From: a virus
IMG/VR virus record: IMGVR_UViG_3300030105_002498
Location: 1-64,000 of that record
DNA length: 64,000 nucleotides
Reading direction: 5' to 3' (one strand)
The position numbers were made by a program, and so were the translations under genes. Positions 1-8,287 of this stretch are shown one piece after another (the stretch's first letter is position 1; each line of letters begins with the position of its first letter). Below the pieces are notes generated by a model, which made no database searches, had not been told where the DNA came from, and worked only from the letters and a program-made list of their open reading frames with translations.

Positions 1-269
1 CTTTTCCATTTCTTCACAGCAGAGAATCCTAAACTGTGAACTGTAAGTGATTTCCCTTGGTCAAGACCTCGACTCTCAATTTGATTTTGAATCTCCTCTT
101 GTACAGAAGAGTTAAAAGCTAAAAATAGAGTTCTATACTCACACATCTCAAGTAGCTGAAGCAAAGTAGTGGTCTTTCCACTACCTGCAACAGCATTAAT
201 TAAGATGTTAGTATCACTATTATTCCAAAGGTCAAAGATGTCTTGTTGTCTGCTACTAGCCTCAAACAT
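1..269 (-). CDS. UvrD/Rep-family SF1A helicase, N-terminal part (runs off the window)
   Basis: Not in the ORF track. Hand translation from the ATG at 269: MFEASSRQQDIF...INAVAGSGKTTTL...LFLAFN...LTVHSLG, giving Q motif, Walker A, motif Ia and TxHS of UvrD-like helicases. Confidence 0.85.
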   Translation of the reverse strand, partial: MFEASSRQQDIFDLWNNSDTNILINAVAGSGKTTTLLQLLEMCEYRTLFLAFNSSVQEEIQNQIESRGLDQGKSLTVHSLGFSAVKKWK

Positions 270-795
270 TAGTTGCAATTGAAATGTCTAAAATTACCCA
301 TTCATCTGATGTGTCAGTGTAAATATTGACATTAGGGAATCTTTTTTTAATCAATTTTTCTACTCTGGTTGCGTCTTTTAAATCTATGTCAGAGTACTTT
401 TCTTGACCAACATCTCCGTTTTCTCTGGTGTAGAAGTGTAAACGATTTTCTCCAGGGTATCTTTTCTCTAAAGTGAGGTTAGACTTAGAACAAGATTGCT
501 TAAAAAAAGCTTGGATTGTATCTAATTCTTCATCTACCTCTTCAGAGGAGAATTCTTTCTTCATTCTATCTGTACCTAGATTATCTATAGCCTCTTGCCA
601 TACCTCCAAACTCTTTGCATAGGTCTCAGGAAGAATGTCTCTAGCTGGGTCAAGTATATCTGAAGCTTTGCCAATAAAATATTTGGCATAGTCTCTAGCT
701 AATTTTAATACAAGCTCTCTCTCTGCTATGGGTAAATCAAACAAGTCAGAGTAAGGACCTGTTAAAGAAAACGTAGTTATTCTATCTAATTTCAT
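262..795 (-). CDS. hypothetical protein
   Basis: 177-aa ORF tightly packed in the minus-strand operon; no recognised motif. Confidence 0.6.
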   Translation of the reverse strand: MKLDRITTFSLTGPYSDLFDLPIAERELVLKLARDYAKYFIGKASDILDPARDILPETYAKSLEVWQEAIDNLGTDRMKKEFSSEEVDEELDTIQAFFKQSCSKSNLTLEKRYPGENRLHFYTRENGDVGQEKYSDIDLKDATRVEKLIKKRFPNVNIYTDTSDEWVILDISIATNV

Positions 796-806
796 TATTA
801 TTATTT

Positions 807-1547
807 TTATCCTATAATTAAAGTTTCAACAAGAATGGAGTCAACTTTTTTATACAAGTCTTCCAAAGTGCCATTATTTTCCAATACATAATCCCAATTG
901 TCCCAATTATCAAGAGCTGTTTCTGATTCATGCTCTTTAACTAAACCTAAGTAAACATCAGGTCTATTGACTCTAATTGTTATAGACCTATACCTAAGAG
1001 CTTCAGCTTCATTAGGAAATCTCATATCAGGTATAATCCATTTTGGATATGTACCATTAGATACACTTGCTTCATACTCAGCCAGCAAACCATTAACCCA
1101 TACATCAGGGTGTAAAATCTGTCTGCCACATTCAGTACCAAGGAGTTGCATGAGAAGTCTTGGAGTCTGCTTCTTTAAAGTGTATTTACTCCCACTTTGT
1201 GAAGGTCTAAAATTTGCGTATGCTTGCAAATTTTGAGGTATATCCCCATAAGTGTGAGTATAATAATACCACCATTCTTCTCCAAGTTCTTTCTCCTTAA
1301 ACTCCCTATCTTCAAGTTTCTCTCTAGTACATCCAAGTAACATACAAACCATGTCTTTAAGTTTGTCTGCAAATCTTTTAGTCTGATACATGGTTATTGC
1401 ATGAGGTTCATAAACTGCAAATTTATTCTCTAAGGTGGAGTGCTTTGGAAAGCTGACTCTCCCCACCTCTTCATCAACTATTAGTTGAATCATTTTGGCA
1501 ACGGTGTCCTTACCAGAATTTTTCTTTCCCGAAATCGCTATAATCAT
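807..1547 (-). CDS. deoxynucleoside monophosphate kinase (T4 gp1-like)
   Basis: ISGKKNSGKDT P-loop, FADKLK, TPRLLMQLLGTE, DMRFPNE and HESETALD motifs. Confidence 0.9.
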   Translation of the reverse strand: MIIAISGKKNSGKDTVAKMIQLIVDEEVGRVSFPKHSTLENKFAVYEPHAITMYQTKRFADKLKDMVCMLLGCTREKLEDREFKEKELGEEWWYYYTHTYGDIPQNLQAYANFRPSQSGSKYTLKKQTPRLLMQLLGTECGRQILHPDVWVNGLLAEYEASVSNGTYPKWIIPDMRFPNEAEALRYRSITIRVNRPDVYLGLVKEHESETALDNWDNWDYVLENNGTLEDLYKKVDSILVETLIIG

Positions 1548-2130
1548 CTTCTTTCATTTTTGGGTAATTAAATACTTCTTCTTCAAGTCTAAAAGGTAAG
1601 TCAAATTCAATTGATTCTTTATCAAAATCATCCTCATCAACATTACTTTTAAACTCTTCGTTCAGCTTATTTATAAAATGCGTGTAGGCAATAGGTTTCT
1701 TTGATAAAACATTTGCATCCTTCTTACGCTCATGTCCAAACAGTCCTTTAATTTGATCTGAAGTAAACATCTTACTGTACTCTCCAGCAAGAAGGTGATA
1801 GTAAGTTTTTACGTAGGGTTCGGGAACTGTAAGAACTACCATGTGCTTTCTCCCATCTTTTAAATCTGAAGAGTACAGGTAATCTACAACATAAAAATCT
1901 TGGTATCGAACCCAAGACAAAAACTTTTCAAAGTTCTGGGGTTGGTATTTTGCATCAAACAATAGATACACACTTGGGTCAGGATTAATGTGGTTATTAT
2001 CTCCTACTCCAACTGCAAGTTTATGGGTTGTGTTTATCCAACCAATAAGAGCTTTCCCATAATAATTCAAAATCGGAGCAAAGTAGTTCCAAGTTTTGTT
2101 TTTATAAATATTTCCAATTTTAATTTCCAT
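1510..2130 (-). CDS. hypothetical protein
   Basis: 206-aa ORF overlapping its neighbours in the operon. Confidence 0.65.
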   Translation of the reverse strand: MEIKIGNIYKNKTWNYFAPILNYYGKALIGWINTTHKLAVGVGDNNHINPDPSVYLLFDAKYQPQNFEKFLSWVRYQDFYVVDYLYSSDLKDGRKHMVVLTVPEPYVKTYYHLLAGEYSKMFTSDQIKGLFGHERKKDANVLSKKPIAYTHFINKLNEEFKSNVDEDDFDKESIEFDLPFRLEEEVFNYPKMKEDDYSDFGKEKFW

Positions 2131-2131
2131 T

Positions 2132-2962
2132 CTAACTAATCATTTTCATACACTTCTCATAAGTTAACGTTTCATAATACTCTTCTGCTTTAACTAACCT
2201 TGATTCTAAAAAGGTAATGTCAGCAACAATGTCACTTTGAACTTGGTAGGTTTTAACTCTTTGTGCTAGAGTTAAACTCATAATTGCAGCTTCAGTTTCA
2301 TCAAATTTATCACAATCTTCCCCTGAGAAACCTCTAACGAATTTAGGGATAAGCTCATGTGGAGTAGGCATTAATATATAATCCAGGTATGCTTGATTCG
2401 CTTCATAAAGAATACAATAAGCAATTAATTGCCAATGGTAGACTAATGGAATACCTGTCTTACTTCTAAAGCTACTCCAATTTTGAGGAACTTTAATATC
2501 TCTAATAACTTTGCCATAAATAAGGTCACACTCTCCACTCATAAAGTTTCTAGTAATTCTCTCTTCATTTTTCTTGAGGGAGATTCCAATACACTCTTCT
2601 AAAACTTCAATAGCTGCATCTTCAGAAAAGTTCCCTTTATTGACTGCAAAAGAGTCTCCACTAAGAGAAAAATCATGCAAGTTTTGATTAAGCTCTAACC
2701 ACCTTTCTTCAAGATAAGTTTTAGCTCCATCTGGTAAAGGGTCATTCTCTGCTTTAAATTTGTTCTCGAAAGAAGTGCGGAGTTTCTTGGCATCAGTCAT
2801 CATACCTTTAGTCTCACAAAGACTGTCTATGGTTTCTGAGTTTAATAATACTCCAGCTAAGTCTGCTTTCTTTTTGACGACTCCATAAATAGCATCATGT
2901 GCTTCTACATTAAAATTGGGTCGATGTGTGCATATCCTGTATGCTGAGGAACTTCTAATCAT
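2132..2962 (-). CDS. PD-(D/E)XK (YqaJ/lambda-exo-like) exonuclease
   Basis: KGNFSE, SGECDL, RDIK and YHWQLIAYCILY match phage recombination exonuclease motifs. Confidence 0.75.
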   Translation of the reverse strand: MIRSSSAYRICTHRPNFNVEAHDAIYGVVKKKADLAGVLLNSETIDSLCETKGMMTDAKKLRTSFENKFKAENDPLPDGAKTYLEERWLELNQNLHDFSLSGDSFAVNKGNFSEDAAIEVLEECIGISLKKNEERITRNFMSGECDLIYGKVIRDIKVPQNWSSFRSKTGIPLVYHWQLIAYCILYEANQAYLDYILMPTPHELIPKFVRGFSGEDCDKFDETEAAIMSLTLAQRVKTYQVQSDIVADITFLESRLVKAEEYYETLTYEKCMKMIS

Positions 2963-3021
2963 AATTCAATTTTTAAAAAGTTTGGTAAAATAAAAAAACA
3001 ACAAAGCCAGAAAAAACACCC

Positions 3022-3924
3022 TTAAAAGGGTGCTTCATCTGTGCTATATATTGGGTTTGTGCTCGATATAGAATCAAGTTCTCTGTACCCCATTCCAGAA
3101 GGAGATATAATGAATACTGGTTCTTCAGTTGCATTTTCTGTATCATCAATTATGCGATAACTTAAAGGATAAGCAAGGCAATCTCTACCTCTGTAGATGT
3201 CTTCCAACTCTGTCCCTCCATGTGTATCAAAGATTCCAAAAAGCTCTGAAATATTATTTCCAAGGAGTTTATTTAACCCGTTAAATTTCTCGTTTAGTTC
3301 AGTAACAGAGTTAAAGTCTACGTTAAACCCTGTATTGTAACAGTCTTTCTCAATTCTCTCTGAAGTAGTAATTTCTACAGGGACTTTATTGTGGTAGCAA
3401 TAAGGAATGTACCTATCTTTAAGGATTTCCCAAAGCTCCGAATATTTCTCTGCTGTAAAAATCTCTGAAGAAAGAAATAATTTTAAATGTGAATGATTGA
3501 TAACTCTTCGTCTTCGTACACCACTATTCTCAATAAGATTCTCAAAAGAATCTGTAGCTAACAATAAAAGTATATTATCGTTTTCATCAGCTATATAGCC
3601 TCTACAAACAGTAAGTCTATAATCATCACAACGGTAAATTTTAAGTTTATTCTCATCTGTAAGTTGCTCTAAAAATTCAGCAGGTCTAGATATACTATGG
3701 TAACTGTGTATATCCTTCATTACATTTTTAGGTCTACAGTATGAATAGACATTTCCTGCAATCTGCTCATAAAAACTTTTCCGACTTTCTGAAGGTTCAA
3801 ATATCCCTGTAGGTACATAACTGGGAAACCATTTGTTAGCTGCTGTAGTTGCCATCTTATCTTGATTAATTTGCATTCTTCCAGACTGACTTAAATAAAT
3901 TATACTAGATATGACATTATTCAT
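3022..3924 (-). CDS. hypothetical protein immediately downstream of the E1 gene (possible member of the Ubl operon)
   Basis: 300 aa; the start overlaps the E1 stop by 4 nt (ATGA). Confidence 0.6.
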   Translation of the reverse strand: MNNVISSIIYLSQSGRMQINQDKMATTAANKWFPSYVPTGIFEPSESRKSFYEQIAGNVYSYCRPKNVMKDIHSYHSISRPAEFLEQLTDENKLKIYRCDDYRLTVCRGYIADENDNILLLLATDSFENLIENSGVRRRRVINHSHLKLFLSSEIFTAEKYSELWEILKDRYIPYCYHNKVPVEITTSERIEKDCYNTGFNVDFNSVTELNEKFNGLNKLLGNNISELFGIFDTHGGTELEDIYRGRDCLAYPLSYRIIDDTENATEEPVFIISPSGMGYRELDSISSTNPIYSTDEAPF

Positions 3925-4610
3925 GATTGTATTTCAGTTAAAGTTACAGGAATAAAAAATTCATAAAAGAAAGGGACATCTCTGACATACTCTCTTTCAT
4001 AAATGTTTGTAATATGGTTTGTGAAGAAACCTAGCATGTGAGAAGCAATCATAGCAGCACTATGAGTTGTCTGCTTCAAAGTACATGGAGCATCTTCTAC
4101 ATCTCCATCAGAAAACAAGTGTTCTCTCTCATACTCATCCATATTATCTGGAGTAACACAAAAGATTTGCAATTGTTCCATAGTTAATCTTCCATCAATG
4201 AAGATAGGAGTTACAGGACAATTCTTATGACTCTTTTTCCATACATTAAATAGGTCTGTCCTTGCTTTCATGTTATCGAAAGCAGAGAAGATAAAATAAT
4301 GTGTTGGAGAATTAAGGTCAATCTTCTTATTAAATATGTTAATACTCATCCCACAAAAACTTTTAACAATATTAAAGATGGCATCCACTTTAAAGCTTCC
4401 AATATCCTCTTTTCTGAAAAGTTGTCCTCCAATGTTATGAGCTTCAATAGTATCAAAATCATATACCATAGGCTTGATATTTGCCCTGGAACAAAAGAAA
4501 GCTAACCAACTTCCAATCCCACCTGCCCCCCCAATGAGGACAGATTCAGGATTATCTGTATTAAACCAAGGTGCTCCTTTAAAACGACTGTGTTGTGTAC
4601 TTACTGGCAT
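3921..4610 (-). CDS. ThiF/E1-family ubiquitin-like activating enzyme
   Basis: GAGGIGS nucleotide-binding loop, DFDTIEAHNIGGQ, KVDA, SAFDN..AR, IDGR; candidate catalytic Cys176 in EDAPCT. Confidence 0.9.
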   Translation of the reverse strand: MPVSTQHSRFKGAPWFNTDNPESVLIGGAGGIGSWLAFFCSRANIKPMVYDFDTIEAHNIGGQLFRKEDIGSFKVDAIFNIVKSFCGMSINIFNKKIDLNSPTHYFIFSAFDNMKARTDLFNVWKKSHKNCPVTPIFIDGRLTMEQLQIFCVTPDNMDEYEREHLFSDGDVEDAPCTLKQTTHSAAMIASHMLGFFTNHITNIYEREYVRDVPFFYEFFIPVTLTEIQS

Positions 4611-5794
4611 TTTTCTTTTTTAATTATCTCTTCGCAGAGAAATGAAGTAATAGATTTAATAAATGGGTAATCTTTCTCAAAGCTTTCTAAAATTTCCATA
4701 GCTTCTTCCATAATGGTGATATATTCTCGCTCTCCTTTTGCATTTGGAAAATGCAATTGAATAACAGGAACAATATCTGCAAGCAACTCTACAACAAATA
4801 CTGGTAAAGAAGCATCATCTACGTCTTCCCAATAGAATGCTAATTCTTGAATAGCAGTTTCAACCTCAAACACAACTATATCAGCAGGTTTTCCAAATCT
4901 TAACATATAGATCAAGAACTCCTCTATCTCCTCTGTCCTAGGTTGTGCTTTACTTACAACTCCATAGAAAGCTTGTTTTTTTGGATTACCCTTGGGTTTT
5001 TTCTTTTTAGAACTAGTCTTAGGCAACTTTTTATAATAAGAATTACCTTGATTTGGATTCCAACCTTTATTTACAAAAGGTTTTGACGTTTTAGTTTTAG
5101 CTATAACTGCTTTCTCAATAATTCCTCTTACTCCTTCTGCAAAATCCACATCTACACTAATTTCTTCTTGTGGTGTTTCAAGTCCACAATCATAAACAGC
5201 TACAACTTCTCTTTTGAGCGTATAAACTTGATCTTTAATACTGTAACTGTCTCCTTCATCATTAGTAGCTTCAAAAGAAACTGGAACTTCTACTTCCACT
5301 TTTGCATGAACTGCAACTTTAGCTGTAAATTCCATGAAATTATTAACTATCAAAGAAAGATAATAATTGTGAGATGGAGAGTTATCTTCTAATTCTTCTG
5401 TATCTGTATTTGAAAAATAAACAGCCATAGTATTGTGACTATGGATATGTCCAATTTTCCAGTCCATTGCTTCAGGTTTATTCATCACATAATCAATATG
5501 CTTATCATCATAACCTGAAGTATCTCTTTTCTTTTCATTGAAACTGTACTCTGTGTAGACCTGGCTACCTTTGTGCATAGGAATGATGTCTTGAAGAGTT
5601 ATCACCATCTCAGTTGGATTAGTGATACTTCCAGAAACACTATAAAGTAAAATACCAGACCATTCTACTTTATTTATTGCACGACATAAGTATTTAATCT
5701 TATTTAGAACCTCTTCAGGCATTATGGTTTTGATAATAGCTGTTTGCTCCTGCAAACTGGATGCTTTTTTTGTAGAGACTTTTGGATAATTCAT
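4601..5794 (-). CDS. JAB/MPN+ (JAMM) metallo-isopeptidase with C-terminal extension
   Basis: EWSG glutamate followed by HSH-NTMAVYF-S-NT-D, an exact H-x-H-x7-S-x2-D JAMM motif. Confidence 0.88.
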   Translation of the reverse strand: MNYPKVSTKKASSLQEQTAIIKTIMPEEVLNKIKYLCRAINKVEWSGILLYSVSGSITNPTEMVITLQDIIPMHKGSQVYTEYSFNEKKRDTSGYDDKHIDYVMNKPEAMDWKIGHIHSHNTMAVYFSNTDTEELEDNSPSHNYYLSLIVNNFMEFTAKVAVHAKVEVEVPVSFEATNDEGDSYSIKDQVYTLKREVVAVYDCGLETPQEEISVDVDFAEGVRGIIEKAVIAKTKTSKPFVNKGWNPNQGNSYYKKLPKTSSKKKKPKGNPKKQAFYGVVSKAQPRTEEIEEFLIYMLRFGKPADIVVFEVETAIQELAFYWEDVDDASLPVFVVELLADIVPVIQLHFPNAKGEREYITIMEEAMEILESFEKDYPFIKSITSFLCEEIIKKEKCQ

Positions 5795-6938
5795 TAGATA
5801 TATGATTTAAAAAAACTGGATGAATAATAAAATTTATTGTATCAGGGACTTCCTCTGCTTTAAGGCTATCCACTTGCATGTAATGTTTCCTACCTTGCAT
5901 TAAAACATAAGGTCTTCCTTTCTTTCTATCAAATTCCTCTCTTAACTGGTGTTTAGATAAGTAGTTTTCAGGGTGTGTTGTCCCCATGTATTTCCCATCT
6001 ATCTTAATAGGAGAAACTAAATAGTATTTTTTTGCATGAAATGAAGCTTCGAGATTCGCTTTAATCAAATCTCCTAATGCTTCATCAGGTTGCACTTTGA
6101 ATCTATCTTTATCTACATAAAAATTTAGCTGGTCGTAGTCTCTCATGTTGTCTATCACTCTATGAGCAAATCTATCCATATCCGAAGTAGATACCTCATT
6201 TGAGTCTGAATAAGAGCCTAGAGTAATATTTTTCATATCCATGTGAGGTACACCATCAATAGATTCCCACTCTAACATACTATCAATAGTTAATAAAAGT
6301 AACATAAAGTTATTTTCATCGAACTCTGCTCTTAATAAGGCAAGTAAGTCAGATATTTCATTATCACCTAAACAAAAATTATTCAAATAAAGTTGGTCAC
6401 TCTTACTACTATGCCATGTGGGAAGATGAGAATGAGTGTATCTTGAATGCCATTCTCTAAAAGTAAGTTTACTTCGAGTACCTCTTGGTGATCTGAAATT
6501 GACAGTAAACTGGTCAAGAGTAAAACCTTCAGGTTCAATTTCCATAACAACAAATAGATTTTCAATCTTATGTTTATGGTCAAATTTATTAGTGATATGA
6601 ATTTCTGGGTAGAGTATGTTAATATGAAGACGAAATCCTTCAAAGTGGTCATGACCACTAAATTCAGGCTCACAAATTATATCCCAATTGTCTTTGTGGT
6701 GTAAGGTTAGTTGTTTCATAACTTGGTCCATGATAACCTGAAATTTTGTTGCCATATTATGGTTGTTTCTAACCCCCCTAATCAAACCTTTCATCACCAT
6801 ATTAAATAAAAAAGAAGGTTTACGAGAGCAACCAGTTTCTTGTAAACTCCTACCTATATTAAACCATTTTCTAGTTTTAGCTGCGTTATTCTGGTTATAC
6901 TCTCTATCATGGTTAAAAATTGCTGAAGTTAAGTCCAT
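5715..6938 (-). CDS. putative E2 (UBC-fold) conjugating enzyme-like protein
   Basis: Beta-rich region followed by HSHLP (HPN-like flap) and FCLG with Cys189, then helices; sits between the Ubl and JAB genes. Confidence 0.65.
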   Translation of the reverse strand: MDLTSAIFNHDREYNQNNAAKTRKWFNIGRSLQETGCSRKPSFLFNMVMKGLIRGVRNNHNMATKFQVIMDQVMKQLTLHHKDNWDIICEPEFSGHDHFEGFRLHINILYPEIHITNKFDHKHKIENLFVVMEIEPEGFTLDQFTVNFRSPRGTRSKLTFREWHSRYTHSHLPTWHSSKSDQLYLNNFCLGDNEISDLLALLRAEFDENNFMLLLLTIDSMLEWESIDGVPHMDMKNITLGSYSDSNEVSTSDMDRFAHRVIDNMRDYDQLNFYVDKDRFKVQPDEALGDLIKANLEASFHAKKYYLVSPIKIDGKYMGTTHPENYLSKHQLREEFDRKKGRPYVLMQGRKHYMQVDSLKAEEVPDTINFIIHPVFLNHISNELSKSLYKKSIQFAGANSYYQNHNA

Positions 6939-6964
6939 TATTTAAAATTTTAGAGTTAGAAAAT

Positions 6965-6997
6965 AAGAAGAGGACTTTATAAAAAAGTCCTCTTCTT
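6965..6997 (-). terminator. intrinsic terminator-like hairpin between the Ubl and E2-like genes
   Basis: Perfect 14-bp inverted repeat AAGAAGAGGACTTT / AAAGTCCTCTTCTT with T-rich flanks. Confidence 0.75.
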
Positions 6998-7011
6998 TTA
7001 ATTAGTTGATA

Positions 7012-7659
7012 TTAAAATCCAGCTTTGATGATATTCCAATCAGCAATTAAAGCTAATGTTTCTTCTTTATCTTCTGAAGCTTGTGCCATAGCTGTATCAA
7101 AACAAGCTTTTGCATCTTGAATCTCACGAACATAGCCAGTAGCTTCTTCGTTTCCTTCTGCAACTACTAACATAGCTTCCACTACAGCATCAAAATCCAA
7201 AGTCTCATCTTTTACGATGGCTTTAGTCATTTGCTTTACTGCACCCATAACACTATCAGATTCAGGAGCAACCCAAGCTGCAATTGCTTTTCTAAGAGCT
7301 GAAGTTCTTAGTTGAGTCCAATTTCTACCTTCTTCGATAGTTTTCAAGTGGTCTTTTAAGTCTTTTCCAAACTCTTTGATAATAGCTTTCAACTCTTTTC
7401 TTGAAGTTTCAGAACCATTAGGTAATTCAACTCCAGACTTAGTTTTAACTGGTCTCAAGAAGATTACAAAGTCCCCTTCAGGTAATACAGATAAATCATT
7501 ATCTAATCCACAACGATTAATGTTCTCTGTTGCTGCAAGAGTAGATAAATCATAACCTTCTGCTGCAACTGCACTTTTGAGTTCTCCCCAAACTTTAGCG
7601 TCACTTTGAATTTTTGTTTTGTTGCTTCCTTTAGTTGAAAAAATAGTTACTGTTCGCAT
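7012..7659 (-). CDS. ubiquitin-like (beta-grasp) protein precursor with helical C-terminal extension
   Basis: Residues 1-76 follow a beta-beta-alpha-beta pattern and end FVIFLRPVKTKSG; about 140 helical residues follow; first gene of the E2/JAB/E1 block. Confidence 0.65.
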   Translation of the reverse strand: MRTVTIFSTKGSNKTKIQSDAKVWGELKSAVAAEGYDLSTLAATENINRCGLDNDLSVLPEGDFVIFLRPVKTKSGVELPNGSETSRKELKAIIKEFGKDLKDHLKTIEEGRNWTQLRTSALRKAIAAWVAPESDSVMGAVKQMTKAIVKDETLDFDAVVEAMLVVAEGNEEATGYVREIQDAKACFDTAMAQASEDKEETLALIADWNIIKAGF

Positions 7660-7717
7660 AATAAAAAAATTTTAAAATTAATTAATAATAAATAAATAAA
7701 AAAGAAAACGTCACCTT

Positions 7718-8287
7718 CTATAATTCTATAGTTGGCTTCCTAAGTTTACTTAGGATTGTATTTGTAAATTCATAGGATTTGTCATCACCTGGAGCAATAA
7801 TATAATTATAGTCAGGGTGAATCGGAATCTCTTTAATCGTGGTTTTATCATAGGCTTTAGTGAAGAATGGGTTCTTGATGTAGGGAATAAAGTATTTTGT
7901 TTCTTCAGTAACACGCCAAATACAAGGTTGTAAAGAAGAGATAAAATCTATTACTCTTATACTGAAATTCATCCAGGAATATCTGTGAGTTTTAGGATTT
8001 CCAGTCTGAACAGTTAAAGCCGTAGGATAAAAAAATACTCCTTGGAGTTCTAAATTAACTCTTTGAATACTCTTTGCTAAGTCCACTCTAGGACTGCAAT
8101 TAACTTCAAGATGGAGGTCCACCACATTGATGTTAGTCAGAGGAAAATTGAACACTTGGAATATCTTGTTCTTTTGAGGTTGGTGAGAAATATTAGGAAG
8201 GACCTGTTCTTCTAGTGTTACTAGTTCTTCCAGGTATAAGGGAAGGAGAGAGTGCCAAGTTTCATGTACATCATGGATTGGTATCAT
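7718..8287 (-). CDS. uracil-DNA glycosylase (family 1)-like protein, catalytic motifs missing
   Basis: W..L, P....IF..F, QGVFFYPTALTV..G.P.TH...W..F...VI..IS scaffold present; GQDPY and HPSP absent. Confidence 0.65.
   Translation of the reverse strand: MIPIHDVHETWHSLLPLYLEELVTLEEQVLPNISHQPQKNKIFQVFNFPLTNINVVDLHLEVNCSPRVDLAKSIQRVNLELQGVFFYPTALTVQTGNPKTHRYSWMNFSIRVIDFISSLQPCIWRVTEETKYFIPYIKNPFFTKAYDKTTIKEIPIHPDYNYIIAPGDDKSYEFTNTILSKLRKPTIEL

Noticed and set aside
3921-4610. ThiF/MoeB as a thiamine or molybdopterin auxiliary metabolic gene
   Set aside because: No ThiS/ThiG/MoaE partners in the window and no Zn-binding CxxC pairs; neighbours are JAB, E2-like and Ubl genes.
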